Assembly: GCA_048885925.1 (NCBI GenBank)
Contig: JBHLLG010000003.1
Span: 23,727-87,726 of the forward strand
Length of the DNA stretch: 64,000 nucleotides
Reading direction: 5' to 3'
Source: Candidatus Hermodarchaeota archaeon
Lineage (GTDB): Archaea; Asgardarchaeota; Lokiarchaeia; Sigyniarchaeales; SOKP01
Position 1 is the first letter of the stretch, and the number at the start of each line of letters is the position of its first letter. The notes under the pieces were generated by a model that ran no database searches, had not been told where the DNA came from, and worked only from the letters and a program-made list of their open reading frames with translations. Below, piece after piece: positions 37,410-44,300 of this stretch. The translations under genes and the position numbers were made by a program.

Positions 37410-38186
37410 TTAACTTCTTTTTATTTTCTCTTCCACAATAGTGACTACCCTTGGAAATACATCTCCTATTTTTTCATGAATAATAACTTCAGCCATCAAA
37501 TCCATATCAGTTTCCTGAATATTTATAATTGCTAATTTCGCTCCAATTGCTAAAGCTTTTTGGGGATAAAACGCAACGGGATAAACCACAAGGGAAGATC
37601 CAAGCACCAATAACAAATCACAAGTGGAGATCATATCATCTGCGGCTTCGAGTGTCTTAGATTCGAGAGGTTCACCGAAAAAGATCGCATTCGGTTTCAA
37701 TAAACCTCTACAACTTTCACAGGAAGGGCTAAAATTTCCCTTCAGTACTTGATTTACCATAGTACTGATTTGATATATTTGCCCACAGGTCATGCATTTA
37801 GCTTCATACGCATTTCCATGGAACTCAACGATATTTTTGGTCTTAGCTTTATGATGCAATCTGTCTATATTTTGAGTAAGAATTCCTTTCAATTTTCCAA
37901 GTTTTTGGAGCTTAGTTAGGGCTTTGTGTCCTTTATTTGGCCTTGCTTTAAAAATTTGCAAACCTGTTTCTAACATGAATTCTAAATTCTTTCCTTTATT
38001 CGCCACATAAGAATTTATTGAAGCAAATTCATACGGATCTACTTTTTCCCATAATCCAGTACCCGGTGACCGGAAATCAGCAATTCCGCTTTCAGTAGAC
38101 ATCCCTGCACCTGTTAATGCTACTATGTTTTTTGAATCAAGGATTAAGTTAGCTAATTTTTCAACTTTTTGTTCTAACAACTTCAT
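37410..38186 (-). CDS. NAD-dependent protein deacylase, Sir2 (sirtuin) family
   Basis: 'GAGMSTESGIADFRS', 'TQNIDRLH', catalytic 'HG', Zn ribbon 'CMTCG...CESC' and 'VLGSSLVVYP'. Confidence 0.9.
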   Translation of the reverse strand: MKLLEQKVEKLANLILDSKNIVALTGAGMSTESGIADFRSPGTGLWEKVDPYEFASINSYVANKGKNLEFMLETGLQIFKARPNKGHKALTKLQKLGKLKGILTQNIDRLHHKAKTKNIVEFHGNAYEAKCMTCGQIYQISTMVNQVLKGNFSPSCESCRGLLKPNAIFFGEPLESKTLEAADDMISTCDLLLVLGSSLVVYPVAFYPQKALAIGAKLAIINIQETDMDLMAEVIIHEKIGDVFPRVVTIVEEKIKRS

Positions 38187-38277
38187 TTATTTATAATTTT
38201 AATTTTATCAGATAAAAAGTAATAATAATTATATTGCCTTATAAAATGTTTTATAGTTTTATGATTTTATTGTATTA

Positions 38278-39099
38278 ATGAATATAGAAGAATTTAAACA
38301 GATTAAATATAAAAAAGAAGAGAATGGAATTTTAACCGTTACCTTAAACTGGCCTGAAAAGAAAAATGCACTTTCACCATTAGGACTCCTAGAACTCTAC
38401 TATGCTGTAGATCATGCTGAAAAAGATGATCAAGTAAAAGTTATGATACTGACTGGATGTGAGGAAGCAGGAGCTTTTTCTTCAGGAGGTTACTTTTCAA
38501 ATGAAATGTTAAAGGAAGTACCAGAGAAGTATAGGAATGAAATTAATTTAAGAGATATGGCATCAAAAAGGCTGTGTCTTAAGTTTTGGGATTTACCAAA
38601 ACCTGTAATATCAGTAATTAATGGTTTTGCAGTGGGTGGTGGATTTACACTTCCTGTAATTTGTTCAGATTTAATTTATATGGCGGAAGATGCATGGTGG
38701 GCACTATTTTTTGTAAAAAGAGCGGTAATGCCTGATTTTGCCACTAGCATTCTTTTACCTTTCATGATAGGATTTCATAAAGCTAAAGAACTGTTTTATT
38801 TTGGGGATCGGATGACAGCACAAGACGCGGAGAGATTAGGACTTGTCAATAAGATATTAGCTAAAGATAAATTAATGTCTTATGCAAGAAACCAAGCCTT
38901 AAGACTTATTCCTCCTAAGGGTCCCTCTCTTTCAATCAAATTAATGAAAAAGACCATTCATACGTATTTTAGGGAAATTATAGAAACCCAATTAAATTTA
39001 GAAAATAAGATGTGGACTAAAGCTATTCAAAGTAAGGATTTTTCAGAATCTTTAAAAGCTTTGAAGGAGAAAAAAGATCCTTCCTTTATTGGAAAGTAA
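38278..39099 (+). CDS. crotonase-superfamily protein (enoyl-CoA hydratase/isomerase family)
   Basis: 'LNWPEKKNAL', 'ILTGCEEAGAFSSGGYF', 'INGFAVGGGFTLPVICSDLIY' and 'FGDRMTAQDAERLGLVNKI'. The first catalytic Glu position appears substituted (see findings). Confidence 0.75.
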   Translation: MNIEEFKQIKYKKEENGILTVTLNWPEKKNALSPLGLLELYYAVDHAEKDDQVKVMILTGCEEAGAFSSGGYFSNEMLKEVPEKYRNEINLRDMASKRLCLKFWDLPKPVISVINGFAVGGGFTLPVICSDLIYMAEDAWWALFFVKRAVMPDFATSILLPFMIGFHKAKELFYFGDRMTAQDAERLGLVNKILAKDKLMSYARNQALRLIPPKGPSLSIKLMKKTIHTYFREIIETQLNLENKMWTKAIQSKDFSESLKALKEKKDPSFIGK

Positions 39100-39379
39100 C
39101 TTCATACTTATTTAAAGTGCAAAGGAACTATCAGTATTGATTTTTGATTTTGGATTAAGTCTATAAAAATTTTGATTTTTTGATCTAAGTTTTTTATTAA
39201 GTGAATAATCTCTGATAAATGAAATAAAAAAAATTAATAACGATTATTATTATTTATTGAATATTATATAATAATAATTAATAATTCTTAAATAAGTCAT
39301 CATTCTTAGCTAAGTTTAAACATTAGAAATGATGGATGATTGTTAATATTGGGGAAAATCCTTTAACCAAAATGGTGGG

Positions 39380-39942
39380 ATGGTAAAATTACGGAGAAAG
39401 TTACTAAATCATTTATTTATAAAGTTTGTATAGTAGGAGACGGTGGAGTAGGTAAAACCAGTATGGTTTTGAGATATTGTGAGAACACCTTTAAAGAAAA
39501 TTATATAATGACTATTGGTTCTAATTTTTCGACAAAACAAATAGAATTAGAAGATTATCCAAACTATCTCATTCGCCTACAATTATGGGATCTTGCTGGA
39601 CAAAAACATTTCAGCTTTGTTCGCCCACCATTTTATCGTGGTGCTAGTGCGATTGTATATACATTTGACATTACGCGAAGAAGTTCATTTCAGAATATTT
39701 TAAACTGGAAGAGTGAAGTGGAAAAAGTAATCGGTGATGGTAAACCAAGTATTTTAGTTGGAAATAAATTCGATTTAGCAGAAAAGGGGAATAGGGAAGT
39801 AGGAGAAGGAGATGGAGAAGCATTGAAGGATGAGATTAATGCTTTAGCTTATTTTGAAACTAGTGCCAAGGATGATATTAAAGTTGAGCCTGTATTTAAA
39901 ACAATCACAATGGCAATTTTAGAACACACCAAAAAAATATAG
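39380..39942 (+). CDS. Rab/Ras-like small GTPase (N-terminus out of frame with its only nearby ATG)
   Basis: G1 'GDGGVGKTS', switch I 'TIG', G3 'WDLAGQ', G4 'GNKFD' and G5 'ETSAK'. G1 lies upstream of the tracked ATG (39463). The GTPase frame is open from 39367 but has no ATG, GTG or TTG before 39463. ATG 39380 joins the frame only by a -1 shift in the A4 run at 39385-39388. Confidence 0.8.
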
Positions 39943-40023
39943 CTTTTTATTTGTTATAAACAATAAATTAAAATTTATTTGTATATTTTAAACTATAAAA
40001 TCAAATAATAATAGGTAAATCAA

Positions 40024-40743
40024 ATGTTTGGAACAGCAGGTAGGGCTTATGATCGGGCACTTACTGTTTTTAGTCCCGAAGGTCGCCTTTTTCAAGTAGA
40101 ATATGCATTGGAAGCAGTAAGGCGTGGAACACTTGCGGTTGCTGTAAAATCTGAGCAGGATGTATGTTTAGCAGCTCAAATCAAAATACCTTCCATTTTA
40201 ATGGATTCTGATTCAATTGATAAAATTTTTCAAATAGATGAGCATATTGGAGTAGCAATTTCTGGATTACATGCTGACTCACGTGCTTTAATTAATTATG
40301 CAAGAGTTCAAGCCCAATCATTCAGATTGACATATGATGAGCCTGTTCGTTTGAATATGCTAACCAAGGCAATTGCAGATTTAAAGCAGATGTATACACA
40401 GTATGGTGGTATCCGTCCTTGGGGTTGTGCGCTTTTTTTCATCGGAATAGATGCAAGTGGTACACAAATTTATACAACCTCCCCCAGTGGAATCTATAGG
40501 TCATTCAAAGCTTATGCTCTCGGTAGCGGTGAAGCAACTGCGCGAGAGTATTTAATAGAACATTATAAAGAAGATATGACTTTTGATGAGTTAATTAATT
40601 TATCTTTACAGGCATTAAAGGAATCTATTGATGAAGAGGCAACGAAGGAAAATATTCGCCTAGCGTATATTAAAGGTGACATCAAAAAATTTTATGTATG
40701 TAATAAACAAGAAATTGAAGGCTTTTTAGCCAAATTAACATAA
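40024..40743 (+). CDS. psmA: proteasome subunit alpha
   Basis: N-terminal 'YDRALTVFSPEGRLFQVEYALEAVRRG', 'GLHADSRALINYARVQAQ' and 'YGGIRPWGCALFFIG'. Unmistakable alpha-subunit signature. Confidence 0.95.
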   Translation: MFGTAGRAYDRALTVFSPEGRLFQVEYALEAVRRGTLAVAVKSEQDVCLAAQIKIPSILMDSDSIDKIFQIDEHIGVAISGLHADSRALINYARVQAQSFRLTYDEPVRLNMLTKAIADLKQMYTQYGGIRPWGCALFFIGIDASGTQIYTTSPSGIYRSFKAYALGSGEATAREYLIEHYKEDMTFDELINLSLQALKESIDEEATKENIRLAYIKGDIKKFYVCNKQEIEGFLAKLT

Positions 40744-40852
40744 TTCTTATTTTTATACTTATTGTAAAATATTTTATTCTCTTAATCTATATAATAGATA
40801 TTAATATAATATCTAGAATTTTTCTTATATGATTAAATAATAGGCAATTTAT

Positions 40853-41248
40853 ATGGGGAAAAAGAAAAAGATTAGAGAGGACTTTGACGAGCTATTTAAA
40901 AAAGGCGATGAAAAGGGGATAAAAAAGATGTTAGATAAAAATCCGTGGTTACTCAATGAAGTTTCAACTACTTTAAATACAGGTATGGCTGAACAAAATG
41001 AAGTAATAGCAGCTTTAGGTGTAATGGAAGACGAGCTTGGAGGTCCTGTCCCAATTGATGAGATAGCATTTAGTTTAAGAGTTGATTTCAATATTCGTAA
41101 AAGTGATGATGAGATACATCAAATTCTTATGGGTATAGAAAAGTTAAATCTTGTAAAAAGAGATGCTAATGGATGGAGTTTGACTTATGAGGGGGGTAGA
41201 ATTTGCGATGATTATCTTAACAAAAGTCTTGGAAAATTTGATTTATAA
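40853..41248 (+). CDS. hypothetical protein (131 aa), possible winged-helix C-terminus
   Basis: Basic N-terminus (MGKKKKIRED), then 'PVPIDEIAFSLRV...DDEIHQILMGIEKLNLVKRDANGWSLTYEG', which looks like a helix-helix-wing arrangement. No family recognised. The antisense ORF 40849-41091 is judged spurious. Confidence 0.45.
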   Translation: MGKKKKIREDFDELFKKGDEKGIKKMLDKNPWLLNEVSTTLNTGMAEQNEVIAALGVMEDELGGPVPIDEIAFSLRVDFNIRKSDDEIHQILMGIEKLNLVKRDANGWSLTYEGGRICDDYLNKSLGKFDL

Positions 41249-41361
41249 TTGATTAAATATTTATTTTCAGTTAATGATTTTTAAAATAAAACTAAAATAT
41301 TATATTAAATTTAAATTGAGAATAAAAAATATTAAATTCATTCTTAATTCTATTTAAAAAA

Positions 41362-44300
41362 GTGTTGAGGCTAATGGAAGAGAGAAGGGAAGAAAATTTC
41401 GATAAAGAATTTGATGAGGATGAGTTCGATCCAACAAAGGAAGCATTCTTTTCGGATATGATAGAAATGGAAGAAGAAATTGCTTCTGAAGCATATGAAT
41501 TAGTTGAGCATGCTATCAATCTAATAGAATCACAATATTACAACGATAGTATTGAAATTTTACGTCAAGCAATTGGATTATATACTCAAATTAACAGAGA
41601 AGAAGAGATTAAAGCTATAAATGATAAAATAGCAGAAATATATGTACTTAAAGAAAAAGCATTCAGAGAAGTTGAAATTGAATCTGAAAAAGCTGCTGAA
41701 CCCGTAGAAGTACCTGAAGTAATTGATAAAAGTTCAATATTTGAAAAACAAGAGGTAATGAAAGAGTTTGAAGCAACTGAAGAGTCTAAAGCAATTGAAG
41801 AACATAAAGTGTTAAAAGATGCCATAAAGATTGCTGATTTAATGATCAATGCGGAAAATTTGTTAAAAGAAGCTCAAGAGTTAATTAACAACAATTATTT
41901 CGAAGAAGCGCTCAGTAAATATGATGAAGTGGAAACAATTTATACAGAATTAGGAAAATCAAGTGAGATAGATAATTTATACAAATTAATTGAAGATTGT
42001 TATAACCGAAAGGCTAAATTCTTACGAAGTATTAAAAAAGAAGAAATTAGAGAAGAAATAGACACGAGTGTAAAAGTGGAAGCACAATCAACAGAAGATC
42101 TTTTAAAGGAAAAAAGATTAAAGGAATATTTTGAAAATAAAAAGAGAGAAGAGGAGATCTCCTCTAAAGCTTACCAATTACTTGATAAAGCAGCTGAATT
42201 AACCACACAGCACAAATATGACAAAGCTTTAGAATTTTATGAAAAAGGAGCTAATTTATTTGGAGAATTAAATTGGACATATGAAGTTAGAAAAGTTCAA
42301 GATACGATTTTTCAATTAAAAATAGAAAAAGCAAGATATATACAAAGGCTAGAAGAGGAAAGAATGAAACCAGAGAAAGTGGTTGAAACTAAAGAAGAAA
42401 TTACTGCGCAACAGGTAACAGAAATTGAGGAGCAGGATAGAATTGCTCAAATAGAAAAGTTAAGAGAAATAGAATTTCAAAAAATGGAACAAGAATTTTT
42501 TAAAGCTCAAATTGATAATATGGCCACTGAAGCTGCTAGAATGGCACGTGAATATGAATTAGCTATGCAAAAAGCGATTAAGAAAGGAGAACTAGAAGAA
42601 GAATGTATTTACCCAAAAGTCATTGAAATTTATAAAAAAATAAGGGAATTACTTGTTGATAAGGGATGGAATAAAGAAGCAACGATCTATGATGATACGA
42701 TAGATATCTATATTCAAAAGTTTGAACAAGATAAAAGAATTAGGCAAATAGAAGCTGAAAAAATCAAAAAGCAACACGAAGCTGAAAAGATGCTGAAACT
42801 AAAAAAAGAGGACATTGAAATTCACCTCAGCGAAGAACAAATAAAAGCTAAAGAGATGCAACAACAAAAAGAGATAGAAATACAAAATGTTCGAAATCAA
42901 TTAAATGATATGTCAAAAAGAGCTGATCGGTTAGCAAGAGAGTATGAGCTTGCATTAAGAAAAGGTAAATTTGAGTTAAAATGTCCTTATCCTCAGATAA
43001 TTAATATATATAAGAAAGCTAAATATATGGCACAAGAGAGAGGATGGGATACAGATATAGCAATTTTTTCAAGTCAAATTTTTACATATAAAGAAAAGTT
43101 AGAAAAAGATAAAAAGTTAAGAGAAATAGAAGCGGAAAAAGCACGGAAACAAGAAGAAGTTGAGAAGGCTTTTAAAGTTAAAAGAGAAGAACCAAAAGTT
43201 TCTTTAGATATCGAGAAGTTAAAATTATTAGAAGAACAAAGAAAATTAGAAGAAGAAAAAGAAGATTTTGAGGATATGGTAAATGCAATGATAAATCGAG
43301 CAGAAAAAATTGCTCGAGAATATGATACAGATATGAAAAAAGCCATAAAGAAAGGTAGATTGGCACAAAATCCTCCATTCTTAAAGATCATAAATATTTA
43401 TGAGAAAGTAAAACAAATGTTCCTTGAAAGGGGTAGAAATGAAGAAGCAATTGCTTATGGGAATCAAATAAATTTTTATTCTCAAAAATTAGAACAAGAT
43501 AATAAATTACGAGAAGTGGAAGCCAAAAAAGCTGAAAGGGAAAAAGCACTAGAAGAAATGCATAAAGTTGATAGAAAAGTTGAAATAGATGACCAAAGAT
43601 TAAAAGCTTCAGAGAAAAAAAAGGAAGAAGAAGAATTTGAGAAATTTATTTCTGAAAATGTCAATATGGCAGAAAAGATGGTACGAGATTTTGAAATTGC
43701 TATGCGAAAAGCTTATAGAAAAGGGGAAATATTGGAAACTACACCATATTCTAAAGTTATCGACATTTATAAAAATCTTCAAGAGAAAGTCTATGCTAGG
43801 GGTTGGAGAGAGCAATCTGAAGTATACATAAATCAAATTAAAATTTATCAAGATAAATTAGAAAAACATGAAAAATTGTTAGAAGTTGAAGTTCAAAAAG
43901 CTCAAAAGGAAAAAGGATTAGAAGAAATGCATAAAGTAGAAAAGGAGAGTGAAGCTGATACAAAAAGATTGAGTAAAATTGAAAGAAAAAAAGAAGAAAA
44001 AGAATTTGAGAAAAATATTGCTGAAAATGTCAGTATAGCAGAAAAAATGGTGAGAGATCATGAAATTGCTATGAGAAAATCATATCGAGAAGGAAAAATT
44101 CTAGAAAGCACACCATATCCAAAAGTTATTGAAATATATAAAGAAATTAGAGAAAAAATTTATGCTAAAGGTTGGAAAGAACAAGCAAAAGTATTTGCAA
44201 ATCAAATAAAAATTTATCAGGAGAAGTTAGATAAACATAAAAATCTCCTTGAAATCGAAGCTCAGAAAGCACAAAAACAAAAAGAACTAGAAGAAATGCA

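Noticed and set aside
37410-38186. The Sir2 domain as part of an anti-phage system (Thoeris or DSR-like)
   Set aside because: It is a 258-aa stand-alone protein with the complete sirtuin NAD pocket and a Cys4 zinc ribbon. It has no fused or adjacent TIR, SLOG or helicase partner. It looks like a housekeeping deacylase.
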